Positions 1 to 12,400 of a DNA stretch of 64,000 nt are shown in pieces. The notes beneath the pieces were generated by a model that ran no database searches, was not told where the DNA came from, and worked only from the letters and a program-made list of their open reading frames with translations. The translations under genes were made by a program, and so were the position numbers. The stretch's first letter is position 1. Each line of letters starts with the position of its first letter. Origin of the DNA: Eledone cirrhosa (taxonomy: Eukaryota); assembly GCA_964016885.1 (NCBI GenBank), contig OZ024742.1, positions 36,270,001-36,334,000 on the forward strand, in the 5' to 3' direction.

Positions 1-190
1 GAGTGGGAAGATGGTCATGCCATCTAGCCTTTTGCCGTCCCCTCAGTCCAACCTCACCGGCTCGATCTGGGAAGGGAAGCCTGCAGCGTCCAAGCCATGC
101 TTTATGACATCGTTGAGGGCAGCATGGCGTGGAAGGCGGCCAGCACTGTGGCGACAGGAAAGCAGGTGGAGGATGAAATAGTCCACAGCA
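1..190 (-). mobile_element. Decayed CRE-like non-LTR retrotransposon fragment (end of zinc knuckle and N-part of RLE domain)
   Basis: Manual - strand translation gives VDYFILHLLSCRHSAGRLPRHAALNDVIKHGLDAAGFPSQIEPVRLD*GDGKRLDGMTIFP. This matches the H-xxx-C, RHxxLND, EP and DGKRPDG motifs of RLE elements. It has one in-frame TGA and runs off the window edge. Confidence 0.85.
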
Positions 191-222
191 ACAGTTGACT
201 GATAAAATGACAAGTGATTCAA

Positions 223-464
223 TCATATTGGTGGTCTCCCCACAACCCCGGCGGACAGAATGGAGAAGGCGTTTCCTCGGAAGACAACAAGGGAGAAGCG
301 CATGAAAAGCCATTCCAACTCGCGAGGCTCAAACCTGCGGCTGGCCAGCTCAGCGCTTATGGTGTTGAGTAGGGAGGTAGCCCTAGGGCCGAGGACACCA
401 GAAGTTTCCACGGCCAAGGGTAAAACCGCAAACCTGTCGGAGGGAGACCGGTATTTGGAGAGTT
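223..464 (-). mobile_element. 5'-truncated C-terminal RLE fragment of a CRE-like non-LTR retrotransposon
   Basis: Translation LSKYRSPSDRFAVLPLAVETSGVLGPRATSLLNTI...RFSLVVFRGNAFSILSAG contains the KY, AxETxG and RGNA motifs typical of RLE C-termini. It abuts the satellite at ~465. Confidence 0.85.
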
Positions 465-479
465 ACTGGTAGTTCTTGT

Positions 480-3400
480 TGCTGCTGCCGCTGGTGGTGG
501 TGCTGTTGTAATTTTAGTTGCTGTGGTTGTAGTTGATGATGTTGTTGGTGGCGGTCTTGTTGATGTTGTTGTTGATGATGATGTTGTTGATGTTGTTGTT
601 GTTGGTGGCGGTCTTTTAGTTGCTCTTGTTGTTGATGATGTTGTTGATGTTGTTGTTGGTGGTGGCGGTCTTTTAGTTGCTCTTGTTGTTGATGATGTTG
701 TTGATGTTGTTGTTGTTGGTGGCGGTCTTTTAGTTGCTCCTGTTGTTGATGATGTTGTTGATGTTGTTGTTGGTGGTGGCGGTCTTTTAGTTGCTCTTGT
801 TGTTGATGATGTTGTTGATGTTGTTGTTGTTGGTGGCGGTCTTTTAGTTGCTCCTGTTGTTGATGATGTTGTTGATGTTGTTGTTGTTGGTGGCGGTCTG
901 TTAGTTGCTCCTGTTGTTGATGATGTTGTTGATGTTGTTGTTGGTGGTGGCGGTCTTTTAGTTGCTCTTGTTGTTGATGATGTTGTTGATGTTGTTGTTG
1001 TTGGTGGCGGTCTTTTAGTTGCTCCTGTTGTTGATGATGTTGTTGATGTTGTTGTTGTTGGTGGCGGTCTGTTAGTTGCTCCTGTTGTTGATGATGTTGT
1101 TGATGTTGTTGTTGGTGGTGGCGGTCTTTTAGTGGCTCTTGTTGTTGATGATGTTGTTGATGTTGTTGTTGTTGGTGGCGGTCTTTTAGTTGCTCCTGTT
1201 GTTGATGATGTTGTTGATGTTGTTGTTGGTGGTGGCGGTCTTTTAGTTGCTCTTGTTGTTGATGATGTTGTTGATGTTGTTGTTGTTGGTGGCGGTCTTT
1301 TAGTTGCTCCTGTTGTTGATGATGTTGTTGATGTTGTTGTTGTTGGTGGCGGTCTGTTAGTTGCTCCTGTTGTTGATGATGTTGTTGATGTTGTTGTTGT
1401 TGGTGGCGGTCTTTTAGTTGCTCCTGTTGTTGATGATGTTGTTGATGTTGTTGTTGGTGGTGGCGGTCTTTTAGTTGCTCTTGTTGTTGATGATGTTGTT
1501 GATGTTGTTGTTGTTGGTGGCGGTCTTTTAGTTGCTCCTGTTGTTGATGATGTTGTTGATGTTGTTGTTGTTGGTGGCGGTCTGTTAGTTGCTCCTGTTG
1601 TTGATGATGTTGTTGATGTTGAGTTGGTGGTGGCGGTCTTTTAGTGGCTCTTGTTGTTGATGATGTTGTTGATGTTGTTGTTGTTGGTGGCGGTCTTTTA
1701 GTTGCTCCTGTTGTTGATGATGTTGTTGATGTTGTTGTTGTTGGTGGCGGTCTTTTAGTAGCTCTTGTTGTTGATGATGTTGTTGATGTTGTTGTTGTTG
1801 GTGGCGGTCTTTTAGTTGCTCCTGTTGTTGATGATTTTGTTGATGTTGTTGTTGGTGGAGGTCTTTTAGTGGCTCTTGTTGTTGATGATGTTGTTGATGT
1901 TGTTGTTGTTGGTGGCGGTCTTTTAGTTGCTCTTGTTGTTGATGATGTTGTTGATGTTGTTGTTGGTGGAGGTCTTTTAGTGGCTCTTGTTGTTGATGAT
2001 GTTGTTGATGTTGTTGTTGTTGGTGGCGGTCTTTTAGTTGCTCCTGTTGTTGATGATGTTGTTGATGTTGTTGTTGGTGGAGGTCTTTTAGTTGCTCCTG
2101 TTGTTGATGATGTTGTTGATGTTGTTGTTGGTGGTGGCGGTCTTTTAGTGGCTCTTGTTGTTGATGATGTTGTTGATGTTGTTGTTGTTGGTGGCGGTCT
2201 TTTAGTTGCTCCTGTTGTTGATGATGTTGTTGATGTTGTTGTTGTTGGTGGAGGTCTTTTAGTTGCTCCTGTTGTTGATGATGTTGTTGATGTTGTTGTT
2301 GGTGGTGGCGGTCTTTTAGTTGCTCTTGTTGTTGATGATGTTGTTGATGTTGTTGTTGGTGGCGGTCTTTTAGTGGGTCTTGTTGATGATGATGTTGTTG
2401 ATGTTGTTGTTGTTGGTGGCGGTCTTTTAGTTGCTCCTGTTGTTGATGATGTTGTTGATGTTGTTGTTGTTGGTGGCGGTCTTTTAGTGGGTCTTGTTGA
2501 TGATGATGTTGTTGATGTTGTTGTTGGTGGTGGCGGTCTTTTAGTGGCTCTTGTTGTTGATGATGTTGTTGATGTTGTTGTTGGTGGCGGTCTTTTAGTG
2601 GGTCTTGTTGATGATGATGTTGTTGATGTTGTTGTTGGTGGTGGCGGTCTTTTAGTGGCTCTTGTTGTTGATGATGTTGTTGATGTTGTTGTTGGTGGCG
2701 GTCTTTTAGTTGCTCCTGTTGTTGATGATGTTGTTGTTGTTGTTGTTGTTGGTGGCGGTCTTTTAGTGGGTCTTGTTGATGATGATGTTGTTGATGTTGT
2801 TGTTGGTGGTGGCGGTCTTTTAGTGGCTCTTGTTGTTGATGATGTTGTTGATGTTGTTGTTGGTGGCGGTCTTTTAGTGGGTCTTGTTGATGATGATGTT
2901 GTTGATGTTGTTGTTGGTGGTGGCGGTCTTTTAGTGGCTCTTGTTGTTGATGATGTTGTTGATGTTGTTGTTGTTGGTGGAGGTCTTTTAGTTGCTCTTG
3001 TTGTTGATGATGTTGTTGATGTTGTTGTTGTTGGTGGCGGTCTTTTAGTGGGTCTTGTTGATGATGATGTTGTTGATGTTGTTGGTGGTGGCGGTCTTTT
3101 AGTGGGTCTTGTTGATGATGATGTTGTTGATGTTGTTGTTGGTGGCGGTCTTTTAGTTGCTCCTGTTGTTGATGATGTTGTTGATGTTGTTGTTGTTGGT
3201 GGCGGTCTTTTAGTGGGTCTTGTTGATGATGATGTTGTTGTTGTTGTTGTTGGTGGCGGTCTTTTAGTGGCTCTTGTTGTTGATGATGTTGTTGTTGTTG
3301 TTGTTGGTGGCGGTCTTTTAGTTGCTCCTGTTGTTGATGATGTTGTTGATGTTGTTGTTGGTGGAGGTCTTTTAGTTGCTCCTGTTGTTGATGATGTGGT

Positions 3401-6400
3401 TGATGTTGTTGTTGTTGGTGGAGGTCTTTTAGTTGCTCCTGTTGTTGATGATGTGGTTGATGTTGTTGTTGTTGGTGGAGGTCTTTTAGTTGCTCTTGTT
3501 GTTGATGATGTTGTTGATGTTGTTGTTGTTGGTGGAGGTCTTTTAGTTGCTCCTGTTGTTGATGATGTTGTTGATGTTGTTGTTGGTGGCGGTCTTTTAG
3601 TTGCTCCTGTTGTTGATGATGTTGTTGATGTTGTTGTTGGTGGAGGTCTTTTAGTTGCTCCTGTTGTTGATGATGTTGTTGATGTTGTTGTTGGTGGAGG
3701 TCTTTTAGTTGCTCCTGTTGTTGATGATGTTGTTGATGTTGTTGTTGGTGGAGGTCTTTTAGTTGCTCCTGTTGTTGATGATGTTGTTGATGTTGTTGTT
3801 GTTGGTGGAGGTCTTTTAGTTGCTCTTGTTGTTGATGATGTTGTTGATGTTGCTGTTGTTGGTGGAGGTCTTTTAGTTGCTCTTGTTGTTGATGATGTTG
3901 TTGATGTTGTTGTTGTTGGTGGAGGTCTTTTAGTTGCTCTTGTTGTTGATGATGTTGTTGATGTTGTTGTTGTTGGTGGAGGTCTTTTAGTTGCTCCTGT
4001 TGTTGATGATGTTGTTGATGTTGTTGTTGTTGGTGGAGGTCTTTTAGTTGCTCTTGTTGTTGATGATGTTGTTGATGTTGTTGTTGTTGGTGGAGGTCTT
4101 TTAGTTGCTCTTGTTGTTGATGATGTTGTTGATGTTGCTGTTGTTGGTGGAGGTCTTTTAGTGGCTCTTGTTGTTGATGATGTTGTTGATGTTGTTGTTG
4201 GTGGAGGTCTTTTAGTTGCTCTTGTTGTTGATGATGTTGTTGATGTTGTTGTTGTTGGTGGAGGTCTTTTAGTGGCTCTTGTTGTTGATGATGTTGTTGA
4301 TGTTGTTGTTGTTGGTGGAGGTCTTTTAGTTGCTCCTGTTGTTGATGATGTTGTTGATGTTGTTGTTGTTGGTGGAGGTCTTTTAGTTGCTCTTGTTGTT
4401 GATGATGTTGTTGATGTTGCTGTTGGTGGCGGTCTTTTAGTTGCTCCTGGTGTTGATGATGTTGTTGATGTTGTTGTTGTTGGTGGAGGTCTTTTAGTTG
4501 CTCTTGTTGTTGATGATGTAGTTGATGTTGTTGTTGGTGGCGGTCTTTTAGTTGCTCTTGTTTTTGATGATGTTGTTGATGTTGTTGTTGTTGGTGGAGG
4601 TCTTTTAGTTGCTCTTGTTGTTGATGATGTTGTTGATGTTGTTGTTGTTGGTGGAGGTCTTTAAGTTGCTCCTGTTGTTGATGATGTTGTTGATGTTGTT
4701 GTTGGTGGTGGTCTTTTAGTTGCTCTTGTTGTTGTTGTTGGTGGAGGTCTTTTAGTTGCTCTTGTTGTTGATGATGTTGTTGATGTTGTTGTTGTTGGTG
4801 GAGGTCTTTTAGTTGCTCCTGTTGTTGTTGTTGGTGGAGGTCTTTTAGTTGCTCTTGTTGTTGATGATGTTGTTGATGTTGTTGTTGTTGGTGGAGGTCT
4901 TTTAGTTGCTCCTGTTGTTGATGATGTTGTTGATGTTGTTGTTGGTGGTGGTCTTTTAGTTGCTCTTGTTGTTGTTGTTGGTGGAGGTCTTTTAGTTGCT
5001 CTTGTTGTTGATGATGTTGTTGATGTTGTTGTTGTTGGTGGAGGTCTTTTAGTTGCTCCTGTTGTTGATGATGTTGTTGTTGGTGGAGGTCTTTTAGTTG
5101 CTCCTGTTGTTGATGATTTTGTTGATGTTGTTGTTGTTGGTGGAGGTCTTTTAGTTGCTCCTGTTGTTGATGATGTTGTTGATGTTGTTGTTGGTGGTGG
5201 TCTTTTAGTTGCTCTTGTTGTTGTTGTTGGTGGAGGTCTTTTAGTTGCTCCTGTTGTTGATGATGTTGTTGATGTTGTTGTTGGTGGTGGTCTTTTAGTT
5301 GCTCTTGTTGTTGTTGTTGGTGGAGGTCTTTTAGTTGCTCCTGTTGTTGATGATGTTGTTGATGTTGTTGTTGGTGGTGGTCTTTTAGTTGCTCTTGTTG
5401 TTGTTGTTGGTGGAGGTCTTTTAGTTGCTCTTGTTGTTGATGATGTTGTTGATGTTGCTGTTGTTGGTGGAGGTCTTTTAGTTGCTCCTGTTGTTGATGA
5501 TGTTGTTGATGTTGTTGTTGTTGGTGGAGGTCTTTTAGTTGCTCCTGGTGTTGATGATGTTGTTGATGTTGTTGTTGTTGGTGGAGGTCTTTTAGTTGCT
5601 CCTGTTGTTGATGATGTTGTTGTTGGTGGAGGTCTTTTAGTTGCTCCTGTTGTTGATGATGTTGTTGATGTTGTTGTTGTTGGTGGAGGTCTTTTAGTTG
5701 CTCCTGTTGTTGATGATGTTGTTGATGTTGTTGTTGGTGGTGGTCTTTTAGTTGCTCCTGTTGTTGATGATGTTGTTGATGTTGTTGTTGTTGGTGGAGG
5801 TCTTTTAGTTGCTCCTGTTGTTGATGATGTTGTTGATGTTGTTGTTGTTGGTGGAGGTCTTTTAGTTGCTCTTGTTGTTGATGATGTTGTTGATGTTGCT
5901 GTTGTTGGTGGAGGTCTTTTAGTTGCTCTTGTTGTTGATGATGTTGTTGATGTTGTTGTTGTTGGTGGAGGTCTTTTAGTTGCTCTTGTTGTTGATGATG
6001 TTGTTGATGTTGTTGTTGTTGGTGGAGGTCTTTTAGTTGCTCCTGTTGTTGATGATGTTGTTGATGTTGTTGTTGTTGGTGGAGGTCTTTTAGTTGCTCT
6101 TGTTGTTGATGATGTTGTTGATGTTGTTGTTGTTGGTGGAGGTCTTTTAGTTGCTCTTGTTGTTGATGATGTTGTTGATGTTGCTGTTGTTGGTGGAGGT
6201 CTTTTAGTGGCTCTTGTTGTTGATGATGTTGTTGATGTTGTTGTTGGTGGAGGTCTTTTAGTTGCTCTTGTTGTTGATGATGTTGTTGATGTTGTTGTTG
6301 TTGGTGGAGGTCTTTTAGTGGCTCTTGTTGTTGATGATGTTGTTGATGTTGTTGTTGTTGGTGGAGGTCTTTTAGTTGCTCCTGTTGTTGATGATGTTGT

Positions 6401-9400
6401 TGATGTTGTTGTTGTTGGTGGAGGTCTTTTAGTTGCTCTTGTTGTTGATGATGTTGTTGATGTTGCTGTTGGTGGCGGTCTTTTAGTTGCTCCTGGTGTT
6501 GATGATGTTGTTGATGTTGTTGTTGTTGGTGGAGGTCTTTTAGTTGCTCTTGTTGTTGATGATGTAGTTGATGTTGTTGTTGGTGGCGGTCTTTTAGTTG
6601 CTCTTGTTTTTGATGATGTTGTTGATGTTGTTGTTGTTGGTGGAGGTCTTTTAGTTGCTCTTGTTGTTGATGATGTTGTTGATGTTGTTGTTGTTGGTGG
6701 AGGTCTTTAAGTTGCTCCTGTTGTTGATGATGTTGTTGATGTTGTTGTTGGTGGTGGTCTTTTAGTTGCTCTTGTTGTTGTTGTTGGTGGAGGTCTTTTA
6801 GTTGCTCTTGTTGTTGATGATGTTGTTGATGTTGTTGTTGTTGGTGGAGGTCTTTTAGTTGCTCCTGTTGTTGTTGTTGGTGGAGGTCTTTTAGTTGCTC
6901 TTGTTGTTGATGATGTTGTTGATGTTGTTGTTGTTGGTGGAGGTCTTTTAGTTGCTCCTGTTGTTGATGATGTTGTTGATGTTGTTGTTGGTGGTGGTCT
7001 TTTAGTTGCTCTTGTTGTTGTTGTTGGTGGAGGTCTTTTAGTTGCTCTTGTTGTTGATGATGTTGTTGATGTTGTTGTTGTTGGTGGAGGTCTTTTAGTT
7101 GCTCCTGTTGTTGATGATGTTGTTGTTGGTGGAGGTCTTTTAGTTGCTCCTGTTGTTGATGATTTTGTTGATGTTGTTGTTGTTGGTGGAGGTCTTTTAG
7201 TTGCTCCTGTTGTTGATGATGTTGTTGATGTTGTTGTTGGTGGTGGTCTTTTAGTTGCTCTTGTTGTTGTTGTTGGTGGAGGTCTTTTAGTTGCTCCTGT
7301 TGTTGATGATGTTGTTGATGTTGTTGTTGGTGGTGGTCTTTTAGTTGCTCTTGTTGTTGTTGTTGGTGGAGGTCTTTTAGTTGCTCCTGTTGTTGATGAT
7401 GTTGTTGATGTTGTTGTTGGTGGTGGTCTTTTAGTTGCTCTTGTTGTTGTTGTTGGTGGAGGTCTTTTAGTTGCTCTTGTTGTTGATGATGTTGTTGATG
7501 TTGCTGTTGTTGGTGGAGGTCTTTTAGTTGCTCCTGTTGTTGATGATGTTGTTGATGTTGTTGTTGTTGGTGGAGGTCTTTTAGTTGCTCCTGGTGTTGA
7601 TGATGTTGTTGATGTTGTTGTTGTTGGTGGAGGTCTTTTAGTTGCTCCTGTTGTTGATGATGTTGTTGTTGGTGGAGGTCTTTTAGTTGCTCCTGTTGTT
7701 GATGATGTTGTTGATGTTGTTGTTGTTGGTGGAGGTCTTTTAGTTGCTCCTGTTGTTGATGATGTTGTTGATGTTGTTGTTGGTGGTGGTCTTTTAGTTG
7801 CTCCTGTTGTTGATGATGTTGTTGATGTTGTTGTTGTTGGTGGAGGTCTTTTAGTTGCTCCTGTTGTTGATGATGTTGTTGATGTTGTTGTTGTTGGTGG
7901 AGGTCTTTTAGTTGCTCTTGTTGTTGATGATGTTGTTGATGTTGTTGTTGTTGGTGGAGGTCTTTTAGTTGCTCCTGTTGTTGATGATGTTGTTGTTGGT
8001 GGAGGTCTTTTAGTTGCTCCTGTTGTTGATGATGTTGTTGATGTTGTTGTTGTTGGTGGAGGTCTTTTAGTTGCTCCTGGTGTAGATGATGTTGTTGATG
8101 TTGTTGTTGTTGGTGGAGGTCTTTTAGTTGCTCCTGGTGTTGATGATGTTGTTGATGTTGTTGTTGTTGGTGGCGGTCTTTAAGTTGCTCCTGTTGTTGA
8201 TGATGTTGTTGATGTTGTTGTTGTTGGTGGAGGTCTTTTAGTTGCTCCTGGTGTTGATGATGTTGTTGATGTTGTTGTTGTTGGTGGCGGTATTTTAGTT
8301 GCTCCTGTTGTTGATGATGTAGTTGGTGTTGTTGTTGGTGGCGGTCTTTTAGTTGCCTCTGTTGTTGATGATGTTGTTGATGTTGTTGTTGGTGGTGGTC
8401 TTTTAGTTGCTCTTGTTGTTGTTGTTGGTGGAGGTCTTTTAGTTGCTCTTGTTGTTGATGATGTTGTTGATGTTGTTGTTGGTGGCGGTCTTTTAGTTGC
8501 TCTTGTTTTTGTTGTTGTTGGTGGAGGTCTTTTAGTTGCTCTTGTTGTTGATGATGTTGTTGATGTTGTTGTTGGTGGCGGTCTTTTAGTTGCTCTTGTT
8601 GTTGATGATGTTGTTGATGTTGTTGTTTTTGGTGGCGGGCTTTTTGTTGCTCCTGTTGTTGATGATGTTGTTGATGTTGTTGTTGTTGGTGGCGGTCTTA
8701 TAGTTGCTCTTGTTGTTGATGATGTTGTTGATGTTGTTGTTTTTGGTGGCGGGCTTTTTGTTGCTCCTGTTGTTGATGATGTTGTTGATGTTGTTGTTGT
8801 TGGTGGCGTTCTTTTAGTTGCTCTTGTTGTTGATGATGTTGTTGATGTTGTTGTTTTTGGTGGCCGTCTTTTAGTTGCTCTTGTTGTTGATGATGTTGTT
8901 GATGTTGTTGTTGGTAGCGGTCTTTTAGTTGCTCCTGTTGTTGATGATGTTGTTGATGTTGTTGTTGTTGTTGGTGGCGGTCTTTTAGTTGCTCCTGTTG
9001 TTGATGATGTTGTTGATGTTGTTGTTGTTGGTGGCGGTCTTTTAGTTGCTCTTGTTGTTGATGATGTTGTTGATGTTGTTGTTGTTGGTGGCGGTCTTTT
9101 AGTTGCTCCTGTTGTTGATGATGTTGTTGATGTTGTTGTTGTTGGTGGCGGTCTTTTAGTTGCTCTTGTTGTTGATGATGTTGTTGATGATGTTGTTGAT
9201 GTTGTTGTTGTTGGTGGCGGTCTTTTAGTTGCTCCTGTTGTTTATGATGTTGTTGATGTTGTTGATTGTGGAGGTCTTTTAGTTGCTCCTGTTGTTGATG
9301 ATGTTGTTGATGTTGTTGTTGTTGGTGGCGGTCTTTTAGTTGCTCTTGTTGTTGATGATGTTGTTGATGTTGTTGTTTTTGGTGGCGGTCTTTTAGTGGC

Positions 9401-12400
9401 TCTTGTTGTTGATGATGTTGTTGATGTTGTTGTTGGTGGCGGTCTTTTAGTTGCTCCTGTTGTTTATGATGTTGTTGATGTTGTTGTTGGTGGAGGTCTT
9501 TTAGTTGCTCCTGTTGTTGATGATGTTGTTGATGTTGTTGTTGTTGGTGGCGGTCTTTTAGTTGCTCCTGTTGTTGATGATCTTGTTGATGTTGTTGTTG
9601 GTTGTGGCGGTCTTTTAGTTGCTCCTGTTGTCGATGATGTTGTTGATGTTGTTGTTGGTGGCGGTCTTTTAGTTGCTCTTGTTTTTGATGATGTAGTTGA
9701 TGTTGTTGTTGTTGGTGGCGGTCTTTTAGTTGCTCTTGTTGTTGATGATGTAGTTGATGTTGTTGTTGGTGGAGGTCTTTTAGTTGCTCTTGTTGTTGAT
9801 GATGTAGTTGATGTTGTTGTTGTTGGTGGCGGTATTTTAGTTGCTCCTGTTGTTGATGATGTAGTTGATGTTGTTTTTGGTGGCGGTCTTTTAGTTGCTC
9901 CTGTTGTTGATGATGTTGTTGATGTTGTTGTTGGTGGTGGTCTTTTAGTTGCTCTTCTTTTTGTTGTTGTTGGTGGAGGTCTTTTAGTTGCTCTTGTTGT
10001 TGATGATGTTGTTGATGTTGTTGTTGTTGGTGGCTGTCTTTTAGTTGCTCCTGTTGTTGATGATGTCGTTGATGTTGTTGTTGGTGGCGGTCTTAAGTTG
10101 CTCCTGTTGTTGATGATCTTGTTGATGTTGTTGTTGGTGGCGGTCTTTTAGTTGCTCTTGTTGTTGATGATGTTGTTGATGTTGTTGTTGGTGGCGGACT
10201 TTTAGTTTCTCTTGTTGTTGATGATGTTGTTGTTGGTGGCGGTTTTTAGTTGCTCCTGTTGTTGATGATCTTGTTGATGTTGTTGTTGGTGGTGGCGGTC
10301 TTTTAGTTGCTCTTGTTGTTGATGATGTTGTTGTTGTTGTTGGTGGCGGTCTTTTAGTTGCTCCTGTTGTTGATGTTGTTGTTGTTGTTGTTGGTGGCGG
10401 TCTTTTAGTTGCTCTTGTTCTTGATGATGTTGTTGATGTTGTTGTTGTTGGATGTCTTTTAGTTGCTCCTGTTGTTGATGATGTTGTTGATGTTGTTGTT
10501 GTTGGTGGCTGTCTTTTAGTTGCTCCTGTTGTTGATGATGTCGTTGATGTTGTTGTTGGTGGCGGTCTTAAGTTGCTCCTGTTGTTGATGATCTTGTTGA
10601 TGTTGTTGTTGGTGGCGGTCTTTTAGTTGCTCTTGTTGTTGATGATGTTGTTGATGATGTTGTTGGTGGCGGTCTTTTAGTTGCTCTTGTTTTTGATGAT
10701 GTAGTTGATGTTGTTGTTGTTGGTGGCGGTCTTTTAGTTGCTCTTGTTGTTGATGCTGTAGTTGATGTTGTTGTTGGTGGCGGTCTTTTAGTTGCTCCTG
10801 TTGTTGATGATGTAGTTGATGTTGTTGTTGTTGGTGGCGGTCTTTTATTTGCTCCTGTTGTTGATGATGTTGTTGATGTTGTTGTTGTTGGTGGCGGTCT
10901 TTTAGTTGCTCTTGTTTTTGATGATGTAGTTGATGTTGTTGTTGGTGGAGGTCTTTTAGTTGCTCTTGTTGTTGATGATGTTGTTTTTGGTGGCGGTCTT
11001 TTAGTTGCTCCTGTTATTGATGATGTAGTTGATGTTGTTGTTGGTGGAGGTCTTTTAGTTGCTCTTGTTGTTGATGATGTTGTTGATGTTGTTGTTGTTG
11101 GTGGAGGTCTTTTAGTGGCTCTTGTTGTTGATGATGTTGTTGATGTTGTTGTTGGTGGCGGTCTTTTAGTTGCTCCTGTTGTTGATGATGTTGTTGATGT
11201 TGTTGTTGTTGTTGGTGGCGGTCTTTTAGTTGCTCCTGTTGTTGTTGTTGTTGGTGGAGGTCTTTTAGTTGCCCTTGTTGTTGATGATGTTGTTGATGTT
11301 GTTGTTGTTGGTGGCGGTCTTTTAGTTGCTCTTGTTGTTGATGATGTTGTTGATGTTGTTGTTTTTGGTGGCGGTCTTTTAGTTGCTCTTGTTGTTGATG
11401 ATGTTGTTGATGTTGTTGTTGGTAGCGGTCTTTTAGTTGCTCCTGTTGTTGATGATGTTGTTGATGTTGTTGTTGTTGGTGGCGGTCTTTTAGTTGCTCT
11501 TGTTGTTGATGATGTTGTTGATGTTGTTGTTGGTAGCGGTCTTTTAGTTGCTCTTGTTGTTGATGATGTTGTTGATGTTGTTGTTGGTAGCGGTCTTTTA
11601 GTTGCTCCTGTTGTTGATGATGTTGTTGATGTTGTTGTTGTTGGTGGCGGTCTTTTAGTTGCTCTTGTTGTTGATGATGTTGTTGATGTTGTTGTTGTTG
11701 GTGGCGGTCTTTTAGTTGCTCTTGTTGTTGATGATGTTGTTGATGATGTTGTTGATGTTGTTGTTGTTGGTGGCGGTCTTTTAGTTGCTCCTGTTGTTGA
11801 TGATGTAGTTGATGTTGTTGTTGTTGGTGGCGGTCTTTTAGTTGCTCCTGTTGTTTATGATGTTGTTGATGTTGTTGATTGTGGAGGTCTTTTAGTTGCT
11901 CCTGTTGTTGATGATGTTGTTGATGTTGTTGTTGTTGGTGGCGGTCTTTTAGTTGCTCTTGTTGTTGATGATGTTGTTGATGTTGTTGTTTTTGGTGGCG
12001 GTCTTTTAGTGGCTCTTGTTGTTGATGATGTTGTTGATGTTGTTGTTGGTGGCGGTCTTTTAGTTGCTCCTGTTGTTTATGATGTTGTTGATGTTGTTGA
12101 TTGTGGAGGTCTTTTAGTTGCTCCTGTTGTTGATGATGTTGTTGATGTTGTTGTTGTTGGTGGCGGTCTTTTAGTTGCTCCTGTTGTTGATGATCTTGTT
12201 GATGTTGTTGTTGGTTGTGGCGGTCTTTTAGTTGCTCCTGTTGTCGATGATGTTGTTGATGTTGTTGTTGTTGGTGGCGGTCTTTTAGTTGCTCTTGTTT
12301 TTGATGATGTAGTTGATGTTGTTGTTGTTGGTGGCGGTCTTTTAGTTGCTCTTGTTGTTGATGATGTAGTTGATGTTGTTGTTGGTGGAGGTCTTTTAGT

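Noticed and set aside
260-472. 70-aa + strand ORF
   Set aside because: It is the antisense shadow of the RLE fragment.
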